This document shows positions 1 through 9,060 of a stretch of DNA of 41,943 nt, piece by piece. The notes beneath the pieces were generated by a model that was given only the letters and a program-made list of their open reading frames with translations, searched no databases and was not told where the DNA came from. How positions within the stretch are numbered: position 1 is the stretch's first letter; each line of letters opens with the position of its first letter. The position numbers and the translations under genes are program-made. The stretch is from sequence record SRR22947725_3577. One strand, given 5' to 3'.

Positions 1-29
1 CGGCGGTTCGATCCCGCCTAGCTCCACCA
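1..29 (+). tRNA. tRNA-Ala, 3' fragment truncated by window edge
   Basis: GCGGTTCGATCCCGCCTAGCTCCACCA matches the T-arm, acceptor 3' strand and CCA of gammaproteobacterial tRNA-Ala; anticodon lies outside the window. Confidence 0.8.
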
Positions 30-45
30 TAGCAAAAATGATTTT

Positions 46-120
46 GTCCGGTTCGTCTATCGGTTAGGACTCCAGGTTTTCATCCTGGCAAGAGGGGTTC
101 GATTCCCCTACCGGATGCCA
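46..120 (+). tRNA. tRNA-Glu(UUC), copy 1
   Basis: Acceptor GTCCGGT/ACCGGAT (G1-U72), anticodon arm CCAGG-TT TTC AT-CCTGG, T-arm AGGGG-TTCGATT-CCCCT, encoded CCA. Confidence 0.95.
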
Positions 121-132
121 TTTTTTTTGATT

Positions 133-156
133 AAGTAAGTTAAATTTAACTTACTT
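133..156. repeat. Perfect 24-bp palindrome between the two tRNA-Glu genes (weak terminator or operator)
   Basis: AAGTAAGTTAAA/TTTAACTTACTT followed by further T residues. Confidence 0.6.
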
Positions 157-187
157 TTTCAATTTAAAATCCTCTAAAATTTTTTAT

Positions 188-264
188 GTCCCGTTCGTCT
201 AGTGGCCTAGGACGCCAGGATTTCATCCTGGAAACAGGTAGTTCAAATCTCCTACGGGACGCCA
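188..264 (+). tRNA. tRNA-Glu(UUC), copy 2, with irregular T-stem
   Basis: Acceptor GTCCCGT/ACGGGAC, anticodon arm CCAGG-AT TTC AT-CCTGG, T-arm AGG(T)AG-TTCAAAT-CTCCT, GCCA end; 77 nt. Confidence 0.9.
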
Positions 265-313
265 CTTAAAGACAAATCTTTTGATATTCTTTTATTCATT
301 GCAGTTTCAGGAT

Positions 314-358
314 TGATTTGACCTAAATCACCTTTGATTATTACTCAATTTACTCAAT
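314..358 (+). promoter_or_regulatory. Candidate operator upstream of mcl: inverted repeat / FNR-CRP-like box plus direct repeat
   Basis: TGATTT-GACCT-AAATCA (314-330), overlapping TTGAC-N4-ATCAC (318-331), then TTACTCAAT x2 (341-358). Confidence 0.35.
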
Positions 359-407
359 GCAATTGTTGTTATAGTTTAATTATTGAAATATTCATTAAAG
401 GGGTTTT

Positions 408-1355
408 ATGAGTCATATTATCTATGAGCCAGTTAAACAAAGGCTTCAGCGAAGTGAATTGGCTGTTCCTGGATCTAGTCCAAAGATGTTTGAAAAGGCT
501 TTACAAAGTTCTGCTGATTATGTCTTTTTAGACCTAGAGGATGCAGTAGCTCCAGACGATAAAATACCCGCTCGACAAAATGTAATTGATGCCATTAATG
601 ATCTTGACTGGAAAGGCAGTGGCAAAACGATTTCAGTTCGAATTAATAGTATTGATACTCACTATATGTATCGGGATGTAGTTGAGGTTGTGGAGCAGGC
701 TGGGAGTAAGCTTGATACCATTTTACTTCCAAAAGCAGGAACAGCATCTGATGTGTATATGTTGTCAGCGATGCTTAATCAAATAGAGACAGCAAAAGGC
801 CTAAAAAATAGAATTGGAATTGAGATTCTGATTGAAACTACATTAGGTATGGCTAATGTGATGGAGATTGCAAAGCAAGGGCGAGATGAAAGACTTGAGG
901 CTATGCATTTTGGCGTAGCTGATTATGCCGCAAGCTGCAGAGCCAGAACAACTGTTATCGGTGGTTTGAATCAAGATTATCCTGGTGATCAATGGCATGC
1001 TGGATTGTCCCAGATGTTAGTTGCGTGCCGTGCTTATGGACTGCGTGCAATTGATGGGCCATTTGGAGATTTTAATGATCCGGAGTCTTACAAAGATGCA
1101 GCACGAAGGGGCGCAGCTCTTGGGTTTGAGGGAAAATGGGCCATCCACCCATCTCAGATTGAGCTTGCTAATGAGGTTTATACGCCACCTAATGAAGAAG
1201 TTTCTCATGCAAAGCAAATTCTGATTGCTCTTGATGAGGCGGCAAAAGCTGGAAGAGGGGCGGCCCAACTTAATGGACGTATGATCGATGCAGCATCCGC
1301 TAAGATGGCTGAAAATATTGTGAATACAGATAACGCAATTCATGGAAAGGTCTAG
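408..1355 (+). CDS. mcl: L-malyl-CoA/beta-methylmalyl-CoA lyase
   Basis: [53 protein letters not shown] as in methylotroph Mcl; adjacent to mtkAB. Confidence 0.9.
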   Translation: MSHIIYEPVKQRLQRSELAVPGSSPKMFEKALQSSADYVFLDLEDAVAPDDKIPARQNVIDAINDLDWKGSGKTISVRINSIDTHYMYRDVVEVVEQAGSKLDTILLPKAGTASDVYMLSAMLNQIETAKGLKNRIGIEILIETTLGMANVMEIAKQGRDERLEAMHFGVADYAASCRARTTVIGGLNQDYPGDQWHAGLSQMLVACRAYGLRAIDGPFGDFNDPESYKDAARRGAALGFEGKWAIHPSQIELANEVYTPPNEEVSHAKQILIALDEAAKAGRGAAQLNGRMIDAASAKMAENIVNTDNAIHGKV

Positions 1356-1363
1356 GTGTAGTT

Positions 1364-2533
1364 ATGAATATTCATGAATATCAAGCCAAAAAACTCCTTG
1401 CTAAGTATGGGGTTCCAATTCCTAAGGGAGGTATTGCACACTCAGCAACAGAGGCAATTTATCAGGCTAATGAATTGGGTGGAAATTCATGGATAGTTAA
1501 AGCACAACTGCACTCTGGTGCAAGAGGAAAAGCGGGTGGAGTTAAATTATGTAAAAGTCATAGCGAAATTTCTGAATTTTGTGACAAGCTACTCGGAAAT
1601 AACCTAGTCACCAATCAGACAGGCCCTCAAGGAAAGATGGTTTCCAGTATCTATGTTGAAGAGGCTAGTGAAATCAGTAAAGAGCTTTACTTTAGTATTG
1701 TTCTTGACCGTGCTACTCAGAAAGTTACTCTCATTGCCTCAACTGAGGGTGGTATGGATATTGAGAAAGTGGCTGAGGAGACACCTGAAAAAATTGCAAA
1801 AATTGTTATTGATCCTGCAGTTGGCATGCAACCCTTTCAATCTAGGCAATTGGCCTTTACGCTTGATCTGCCAAATCAGGCGGTTGGAGTTGCAAGCAGA
1901 GCAGTAATGAAATGTTATCGTGCCTTTCGAGATACTGACGCCAATTTATTGGAAATTAACCCATTGGTTTTAACATCAGATAATCAAATATTAGCTATTG
2001 ATGCAAAGATGACATTTGATGCTAATGCCCTATACCGTAGACCAGAGATTTTTGAATTCCGCGATAAGACTCAAGAGGATCCTAGAGAAACCAATGCTGC
2101 AGAGCATGATCTAAGCTATATTGGATTGGAAGGAAACATAGGCTGTATTATTAATGGTGCAGGATTGGCAATGGCCACCATGGATATGATTCAGCATGCT
2201 GGAGGAGAGCCTGCTAATTTCCTTGATATTGGCGGCGGCGCATCACCTGAAAGAGTAGCAACATCGATTGAGTTAGTTCTTTCAGATCAAAATGTTGAAG
2301 CCATACTAATTAATATCTTCGCAGGAATAAATCGCTGCGATTGGGTAGCTCAGGGAATCGTCGATTTATTAAATAAACGTGATATTAACATTCCTTTAGT
2401 TGTTCGTTTGTCTGGAACAAATGTTGAAAAAGGACAAAAAATTTTAAAAGATAGCGGTAAGAAAGTTATTACAGCAAATACTCTAGCTGATGCAGCTCAT
2501 AAGGTTGTTGATGCCTGGAAGGATAATCATTAA
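1364..2533 (+). CDS. mtkA: Malate-CoA ligase (malate thiokinase) beta subunit
   Basis: SucC family ([16 protein letters not shown]-like, [11 protein letters not shown]) with the MtkA-type [13 protein letters not shown] motif; next to mcl. Confidence 0.85.
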   Translation: MNIHEYQAKKLLAKYGVPIPKGGIAHSATEAIYQANELGGNSWIVKAQLHSGARGKAGGVKLCKSHSEISEFCDKLLGNNLVTNQTGPQGKMVSSIYVEEASEISKELYFSIVLDRATQKVTLIASTEGGMDIEKVAEETPEKIAKIVIDPAVGMQPFQSRQLAFTLDLPNQAVGVASRAVMKCYRAFRDTDANLLEINPLVLTSDNQILAIDAKMTFDANALYRRPEIFEFRDKTQEDPRETNAAEHDLSYIGLEGNIGCIINGAGLAMATMDMIQHAGGEPANFLDIGGGASPERVATSIELVLSDQNVEAILINIFAGINRCDWVAQGIVDLLNKRDINIPLVVRLSGTNVEKGQKILKDSGKKVITANTLADAAHKVVDAWKDNH

Positions 2534-2543
2534 AGGTTGAGAT

Positions 2544-3431
2544 ATGAGTATATTTATTGATGAAAAAACACCAGTATTAGTTCAAGGGATTACTGGGAGA
2601 ATTGGCTCTTTTCACGCCCAGGAAATGATTGATTATGGAACCAATGTGGTTGCTGGAGTAACACCTGGAAAAGGAGGTATGACCCATCTAGGTATCTCCG
2701 TATTTAATACTGTTGAGGAAGCTGTTAAGGCAACAGGTGCAGAGGCTAGTATTGTTTTTGTACCACCAGCTTATGCAGGTGATGGAATTATGGAGGCTGC
2801 TGAATCTGGGATTAAATATTGCGTTAGTATTACTGATGGCATACCAACGCATGATATGATCCGAGTAAAGCGATATATTAATAGTGCTCAGCCAGATGAG
2901 AGAATGATATTGACCGGTCCAAACTGTGCTGGAACTATTAGCCCAGGTAAAGCTATGATGGGAATCATGCCAGGGCACATCTATATGAAAGGCAAAGTTG
3001 GCTTAATTGGAAGATCTGGTACTTTAGGATATGAGGCAGCGTCTCAAATGAAAGAGTTAGGTATTGGTATAAGTACAGCTGTAGGTATTGGTGGAGACCC
3101 AATCAATGGAAGTTCTTTTGTAGAAATACTTAAGCATTTTGAAAAAGATGATGAGACTGAAGCTGTTTTGATTATTGGAGAAATTGGCGGCCCTCAGGAA
3201 GCTGAAGCTGCAGACTACTTTAAAAATAATATGAGTAAGCCAATGGCTGCCTATGTTGCCGGTTTAACTGCTCCACCTGGACGCCTTATGGGGCATGCAG
3301 GAGCGATTGTAAATTCCAGCGGAGAGAGTGCTGCAGAAAAAGTAATTATGCTTAAAGATGTAGGAATTCTGGTAGCACCAACACCTTCAGATATGGGTAT
3401 TACAATGGCAAAACTATTAAAAGCTAACTGA
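2544..3431 (+). CDS. mtkB: Malate-CoA ligase alpha subunit
   Basis: SucD family: VQGITG, GVTPGKGG, GPNCAG, RSGTLGYE, GIGGDP, MGHAGA (phospho-His). Confidence 0.85.
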   Translation: MSIFIDEKTPVLVQGITGRIGSFHAQEMIDYGTNVVAGVTPGKGGMTHLGISVFNTVEEAVKATGAEASIVFVPPAYAGDGIMEAAESGIKYCVSITDGIPTHDMIRVKRYINSAQPDERMILTGPNCAGTISPGKAMMGIMPGHIYMKGKVGLIGRSGTLGYEAASQMKELGIGISTAVGIGGDPINGSSFVEILKHFEKDDETEAVLIIGEIGGPQEAEAADYFKNNMSKPMAAYVAGLTAPPGRLMGHAGAIVNSSGESAAEKVIMLKDVGILVAPTPSDMGITMAKLLKAN

Positions 3432-3439
3432 GATAATAG

Positions 3440-5371
3440 TCATTCTGAAGAAATAGATTTAATCTCTATTTCAGGCTCAGTAGACATTCTTAATTTGTTA
3501 GCTAAAAACCAAACTACTCCAACACCTAATGCCCACCAAATAATTTGCCATGCCCAGATGGATGGCATTCCAAGCATCCAATCCTCATAACCATTGTTTG
3601 GCTTTCCAAAAACAAAGTTACCAAATATAGATCCAGGCCCTATAGCAAAGAACATCCAAACCATTAATAGAAGACCTCCAACAGGTTTAGACCAGCGGTC
3701 ATTATTTTTCCTAATACTATGCTCTCGAATAAAAGAATGGAATTTCTCTCTGTGCTCCCTATCTGGATCATTATTAGTCAAAAATGACATAATTAAACAA
3801 ATGGAAATATTAAAGAACATTCCCCATACAGCTGAATGAATTGTCCAGGGCCATACCCCCCATGGAAGTCTTCCACCAGTTAATTTTTGTCCTAATGTAT
3901 CAGTAAAAACAACAACAATTAGCCCGATAATTAATCCAGCAATTGCTGCATTTTTCGTTATCCATGGAAACCAAGTAATACTTAATAATGATGGCCAGAG
4001 TTGAAATGAAAAAGCAATCGCTAAACCACCAAGTAGAAGTGTGGCTTCCATAGAAAAAGAAGCAAGCAACATTCCACATAAAAAAACTAAAGCAGTAAAA
4101 ATTTTTGCAGACTTAATTTGAAGTCTGTAATCTGCATCTTTGTTAAAGTATTGAACATAAATATCTCGACATAGAATATTTCCTGTCGTAAACATAAACG
4201 CAGCAGCAGTAACTTGTAAAGCAGCAACTGCACAAATTGTAAGAAAGCCAAACATCCATGGCGAAGAATTGCCTATAAGCTTTATATAATGTATGACTAA
4301 TTCTGTATATTGCTCTTTAGATAGCTCGGGTAAGTAATTAGCTACTGCAAATCCAGCTTTATTTACAGCACTACTTGCCCCAAGTAAATTTGCACTGACT
4401 CCTTGTAGTGTAGAAAATAAAAGCATAATAATGCCGACACAAGCTGCAGCTCCCCATATTTGATGAATTGAGAACCCTTTAGGAGATTTGCTCGTAAATC
4501 CCAACATTGTGAAAGTAGGTGAAGATTGGATTCCCATAACTGACATCATAAATGTAAGAGTCATAATTGCTGTCCAAGGACCACCTTTTGGAGTTTCTAC
4601 TCCAATACCGTCAGTAAATTGAATAACACCAGGAATTGAAAAATATCCAGGGAAGTTTCCACCGCCCATTCCTTTTGTTTTTCCAAGATGACTAGTTAGG
4701 CTTTTAGCCATATTTGCTAAACCTTCATTTAAATTGTCAAAACCACCAACAAGATTAAGAGCAATAACCCCCAGTAATATCATTCCAAGAAAAAATAATA
4801 TAGTCTGAACAACTGAAATTTTTGCAATAGCCTGCATTCCCCCCATAATTGAATACAAAAGTACAAATCCAGATAATGACCACATAGCTACATTTCGGGA
4901 AAAAATACCGTTAGTTAGTTCACTTATCAAAAATCCTGAAGAGCCAAAAAGAAGTGCTGCAAAGGGTATGCCAAAAAGCAGAGCTATCCCTACAGAAATG
5001 ATTCTTAAAGTGTCATCTTTAAAGTATGCTGCTAACATTTCACCAGCTGTAGTATAGCCAAATCGTCTTCCAAGCATCCATTGCCTTTTAAGTAGGACAA
5101 CACCTGAGATTGCAACAGCTATTGCAAAAAATGAGGTGTTTGCAAATTGAAAGCCATCCCTAAAAATAAGCCCTGGATGAGCAATAAAAGTCCATCCAGC
5201 AAAAGAAATACCGGTTGCTGCTATAGCAAATACCCATGGTGAAAGATTTCGCCCAGATAAAAAATAATCATCCCCAGTTGCTATTTGTTTTGAGGCTCTA
5301 ACCCCCCAAAAAAAACAGTAGGACCAGTAAAGGACCAAAAATATAAATATCCATGTTATTGCTTCAATCAT
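3440..5371 (-). CDS. Sodium:solute symporter (SSS) family transporter
   Basis: DDYFLSGRNL, GISFAGWTFIAHPG, GYTTAGEML, YSIMGGMQA; many TM helices. Confidence 0.85.
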   Translation of the reverse strand: MIEAITWIFIFLVLYWSYCFFWGVRASKQIATGDDYFLSGRNLSPWVFAIAATGISFAGWTFIAHPGLIFRDGFQFANTSFFAIAVAISGVVLLKRQWMLGRRFGYTTAGEMLAAYFKDDTLRIISVGIALLFGIPFAALLFGSSGFLISELTNGIFSRNVAMWSLSGFVLLYSIMGGMQAIAKISVVQTILFFLGMILLGVIALNLVGGFDNLNEGLANMAKSLTSHLGKTKGMGGGNFPGYFSIPGVIQFTDGIGVETPKGGPWTAIMTLTFMMSVMGIQSSPTFTMLGFTSKSPKGFSIHQIWGAAACVGIIMLLFSTLQGVSANLLGASSAVNKAGFAVANYLPELSKEQYTELVIHYIKLIGNSSPWMFGFLTICAVAALQVTAAAFMFTTGNILCRDIYVQYFNKDADYRLQIKSAKIFTALVFLCGMLLASFSMEATLLLGGLAIAFSFQLWPSLLSITWFPWITKNAAIAGLIIGLIVVVFTDTLGQKLTGGRLPWGVWPWTIHSAVWGMFFNISICLIMSFLTNNDPDREHREKFHSFIREHSIRKNNDRWSKPVGGLLLMVWMFFAIGPGSIFGNFVFGKPNNGYEDWMLGMPSIWAWQIIWWALGVGVVWFLANKLRMSTEPEIEIKSISSE

Positions 5372-5421
5372 TATATTTATATTCCTGAGTTAAGTAATTA
5401 GATATCATTATGAATTCAATA

Positions 5422-6855
5422 TTAAATTTGTGTTCTGATGTGTGGGGATCTTGCATATAAAGCTACCATTGGCAGTATTAGAAGACCAAAAACAAACTGT
5501 TGCCCTTCATAGCTCAATCCAATACCAACTAAAAATGATGAAAGGACTTGCAATACAAGAACACCAATTACTGTAAAGCCATACCCTCCTTTCCCTCCAA
5601 GAAGAGAAGTACCTCCAACAACAACAGCTGCTATTGTTTGAAAAAGATAAGGACCACCAACACCTACAAACCCACCACCACTCCAGCCTAATAGTAAAAT
5701 ACCAGTAAGCGCGGAGACAAAACCACCAATTGCAAATGCTCCAATCCAGTATGCTCTTTCTGAAATAGATAATCTTGCTGCTGCAGTTCGATTTCCACCG
5801 ACTGCATATAGACTTCTGCCCCAAGTTGTATTCGATAGGGCAATAATCATAATGATCGATGCCACAACCCAGATCACGACTACAGGAGGGATACTAACCC
5901 CAAGAAAAGTTCCATTTGTAGCAGCAATATTTGATAACCATTTTGGAACTACGCCAAAAACACTACCTCCAAAGTCTGAACCAATAGTCGTTAGTGCTTG
6001 AACAGCTCCAGTCACAACAAAACCAACACCAAGAGTTAGAATAAGTGCTTGCCCTTGAAGTCGAAAACTTAATAAACCATTAACTAGTCCAACTCCTAAA
6101 CCCATGAGGAGTACTGCAATAATACAAATCCAAGGGGGTATGCCGAGTGTAATTAAGTACATCAAACCAATATTTGCAGCTCCAATTACAAAGCTTACTG
6201 ATAAATCTAAGCCTCCAAGAAGTACAACTAGAGTTTGTCCAATGCATGCAAGCCCAAGAAAAGAGGCAAAAAGAAGCATAGACTTAAGATTTAAAGTTGA
6301 TATAAAGCCATCTACAATAAGAGAGCCCATAATAAAAAGTCCAATTAGGACTGCTAAGCCCATAAGTGCACTTTTATTATTTTTTGCTACTGAATTAGTG
6401 ATTATCAATACTAGGAGTGTTAGAAAAAATACTACTAATGAGAGGATATTTTGCCATTGGAAAAAATCATCCATAGCAAAAGCAAGTGCAACAAATGCAA
6501 TAATCATTGCTAGTATTCCAATTATTGCTCCTCTATTACTTTTGATAAGAAAACTAAAATAACTATCTGTCTGATCTGAGTCTTCAACTTCCTGGATCTT
6601 TTGATCTAAATTATTTTCGTTGAGTGTTTCATCAGCATCATAGAAAGTTTCATTATATGTCCACCTTACAGATAGATGATGCCAGCCCCATAGTATTGAA
6701 CCAAAGATTGCAACTGTATATAGCATAACAAGTTGCGAAGGAGTATCATCAAAAAATCCTAAAACAGCACTTATAGCTGAAACTATTACGGCAATAATGA
6801 ATCCTAGCCATTTATAAAACGAAAAAGCGGCTTTTCCCATTCTATTTACACGCAT
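5422..6855 (-). CDS. Sugar-type (RbsC/BPD_transp_2) ABC permease with N-terminal extension
   Basis: GQTLVVLLGGLDLSV, GRSLYAVGGNRTAARLS (EAA-like), IAAVVVGGTSLLGGKG. Confidence 0.85.
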   Translation of the reverse strand: MRVNRMGKAAFSFYKWLGFIIAVIVSAISAVLGFFDDTPSQLVMLYTVAIFGSILWGWHHLSVRWTYNETFYDADETLNENNLDQKIQEVEDSDQTDSYFSFLIKSNRGAIIGILAMIIAFVALAFAMDDFFQWQNILSLVVFFLTLLVLIITNSVAKNNKSALMGLAVLIGLFIMGSLIVDGFISTLNLKSMLLFASFLGLACIGQTLVVLLGGLDLSVSFVIGAANIGLMYLITLGIPPWICIIAVLLMGLGVGLVNGLLSFRLQGQALILTLGVGFVVTGAVQALTTIGSDFGGSVFGVVPKWLSNIAATNGTFLGVSIPPVVVIWVVASIIMIIALSNTTWGRSLYAVGGNRTAAARLSISERAYWIGAFAIGGFVSALTGILLLGWSGGGFVGVGGPYLFQTIAAVVVGGTSLLGGKGGYGFTVIGVLVLQVLSSFLVGIGLSYEGQQFVFGLLILPMVALYARSPHIRTQI

Positions 6856-6889
6856 TTCTATTCCAGTATGTAAAAGATATTTTCATGAT

Positions 6890-9034
6890 TTATCCCTCCC
6901 ACTTACTTATAGCATCATCTTTATGATCACCGATAATGTAAGTACTAATAATGTGCATTACATTTGGAGCAGAAATAACTGTAATAGCAATAATGACAAT
7001 GAGTTTCCATATAGGTACACCTATTGCAAAAAATAAGCCACTCCAGGCTAAAGTAGCAAAAATAGGAATATACCAATATTTCCAAAAGCTTTTGAAGCTC
7101 GTCTCTTCCATAGCAATACGTAAAAATATTTGTAGCAATACGATAATAATTGCTATATAAGCTATCTCAGTAACTACTGCCATACCAGCTGATTCAATAT
7201 TGACCCTTATTGGAGTGGAATATTCAATTAATTGAGCTGGCACACTTTCTAAGCCAGTAGGAATAATAGGGTTTGAATAGTTGGTTATTGAGCTCAATGA
7301 AGGGTCAATAGCAACTGCGCTATTACCAACAAAGAAATACATAATAATTAACGTAACTATAGAAATACCACCAATAAATAGATTATTTATATTTTTAATT
7401 TCTGTATGAACTAAAGGTATTGTAATTGTAAAGAGGAGAGCTGAAACAAGGAGAATTGCATAAATCTCACCAGAAAAACTGCTCATTAAATAACCCTTGT
7501 CAGCATCTTGAAAAAATACAGCTCCAACTGCAATAACAGGTATTAATGAGATAAATAAAATCATTGCTATACGCTTAATATTCTTTTTAATTCCTGGCAG
7601 CATAGTAAGAATTATCAATGATGATAATAAAACTACCCCAATAAAACCAATGAATAGTGAAGTTGATTTACTTAATGATTCTGATGAGAGAGAGACTTGC
7701 TCTAAGCCAAATATACTCATTGAGTAATATTCCAATCCAATTGTGGCTGGTGTGAATACAGCATCTGTTGCCTCTGGATTAAATATTAGACCAAAAGCAG
7801 TAATGATTAAGATAATCAATAATCCAATCATTGGGGCACTGATATGTTTAAAAACCATCTTAATAATATAAGCACCCACTACTACTCCAATTATCATAAA
7901 GAACATAATTGTCCCTGCTGACAAGGTTTCCTGTTCAACTGCTGCAACAAAGGCCTTATATCTCTTTACTCCAAAGGATTTATCCATTGCTACGCTTACC
8001 ATAACTCCTGCTGAAATAATCCCCATTACTAAAAATACTAATCCTGGAGAGAGTCCGCGAGCTCGTTTTTGAAGAAATGGAATTGCAATACTGATTAATA
8101 ATGAAACAACTAACATAAGTCCATAGGACATATCAGTAATAAAGCTTTGCATTTTTCCAAAGTTAAAGGTCGAAAGTGCAAAAGTAATCAAAAATATATT
8201 TAGTGAGCCAAGAAGAGCTCCAAAAGCACTTCCACGACCACCTGCTAAATTGGCTCCACCAAGCACAAGTGCAGTAACGGCCATCAATGTATAGGTTGTT
8301 CCTTGGCTTGGATCACCAGAGCTAATTAATGAAGTAAAAGTTATTGCAGCAAGTCCTGCGTAAATACCTCCTACGACGTGAGCTCCTATTCGTACCATGT
8401 TGACATTAACACCACTTGTATAAGTTGCACGCTCATCTGAACCCATCATTTTTAGATTTCCCCAGAATGCCGTTTGAGCTAAGAGGTACCAGCCTGCTGT
8501 TGCAACGATTAATATTACGAGAACAGGAGAAAAAATAGAGGTTCCAGCACCCCAACTGTACATCCAATCTGGCGCTAATCCTGATGGTCTAGGCATAATT
8601 ATAAGATTCAAGCCCACAAGTGACAGATAGCCACTTAAGGAAACAATAATTGGCTGGACACGAACAAAAACAATGATTAAGGCCATCAAAATTTGATACG
8701 CTATACCAACGCCAATCGCATACAAGAAGATTGCAATCGGTGACTCTATGAAGCCTATGCCAATCAGTTGAATCATTCCGACATTTATAAATCCAATTAA
8801 TGGACCAATTGATAAGTCCACCCCGGCTCTTCCAGCCATAACGATTACCGTCAGTGCATAGGTCGCAAGAATTAATGGAGCAACTACAATTATTAAGCCA
8901 CCAAAACCAGTACTTGAGACTAGATAGGGTCCTCTAATTACTGCGAATATAAGCAATAAAAAGAAAATTACAATAGGCACTATAAGATAGGTACTAGCAC
9001 CTGAATTTGACTCTTGTTTTTTTGTTAATTCCAT
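6890..9034 (-). CDS. Sugar-type ABC permease with about 390-aa multi-TM C-terminal extension
   Basis: N-terminal ~325 aa: GVDLSIGP, GSDERATYTSGVN, TALVLGGANLAGGRGS; the remainder is hydrophobic and not recognised. Confidence 0.85.
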   Translation of the reverse strand: MELTKKQESNSGASTYLIVPIVIFFLLLIFAVIRGPYLVSSTGFGGLIIVVAPLILATYALTVIVMAGRAGVDLSIGPLIGFINVGMIQLIGIGFIESPIAIFLYAIGVGIAYQILMALIIVFVRVQPIIVSLSGYLSLVGLNLIIMPRPSGLAPDWMYSWGAGTSIFSPVLVILIVATAGWYLLAQTAFWGNLKMMGSDERATYTSGVNVNMVRIGAHVVGGIYAGLAAITFTSLISSGDPSQGTTYTLMAVTALVLGGANLAGGRGSAFGALLGSLNIFLITFALSTFNFGKMQSFITDMSYGLMLVVSLLISIAIPFLQKRARGLSPGLVFLVMGIISAGVMVSVAMDKSFGVKRYKAFVAAVEQETLSAGTIMFFMIIGVVVGAYIIKMVFKHISAPMIGLLIILIITAFGLIFNPEATDAVFTPATIGLEYYSMSIFGLEQVSLSSESLSKSTSLFIGFIGVVLLSSLIILTMLPGIKKNIKRIAMILFISLIPVIAVGAVFFQDADKGYLMSSFSGEIYAILLVSALLFTITIPLVHTEIKNINNLFIGGISIVTLIIMYFFVGNSAVAIDPSLSSITNYSNPIIPTGLESVPAQLIEYSTPIRVNIESAGMAVVTEIAYIAIIIVLLQIFLRIAMEETSFKSFWKYWYIPIFATLAWSGLFFAIGVPIWKLIVIIAITVISAPNVMHIISTYIIGDHKDDAISKWEG

Positions 9035-9060
9035 TTTAATATTTTTTCAATCAATAACTT

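Noticed and set aside
1364-3431. Succinyl-CoA synthetase sucCD
   Set aside because: The [13 protein letters not shown] motif and position beside mcl favour malate thiokinase
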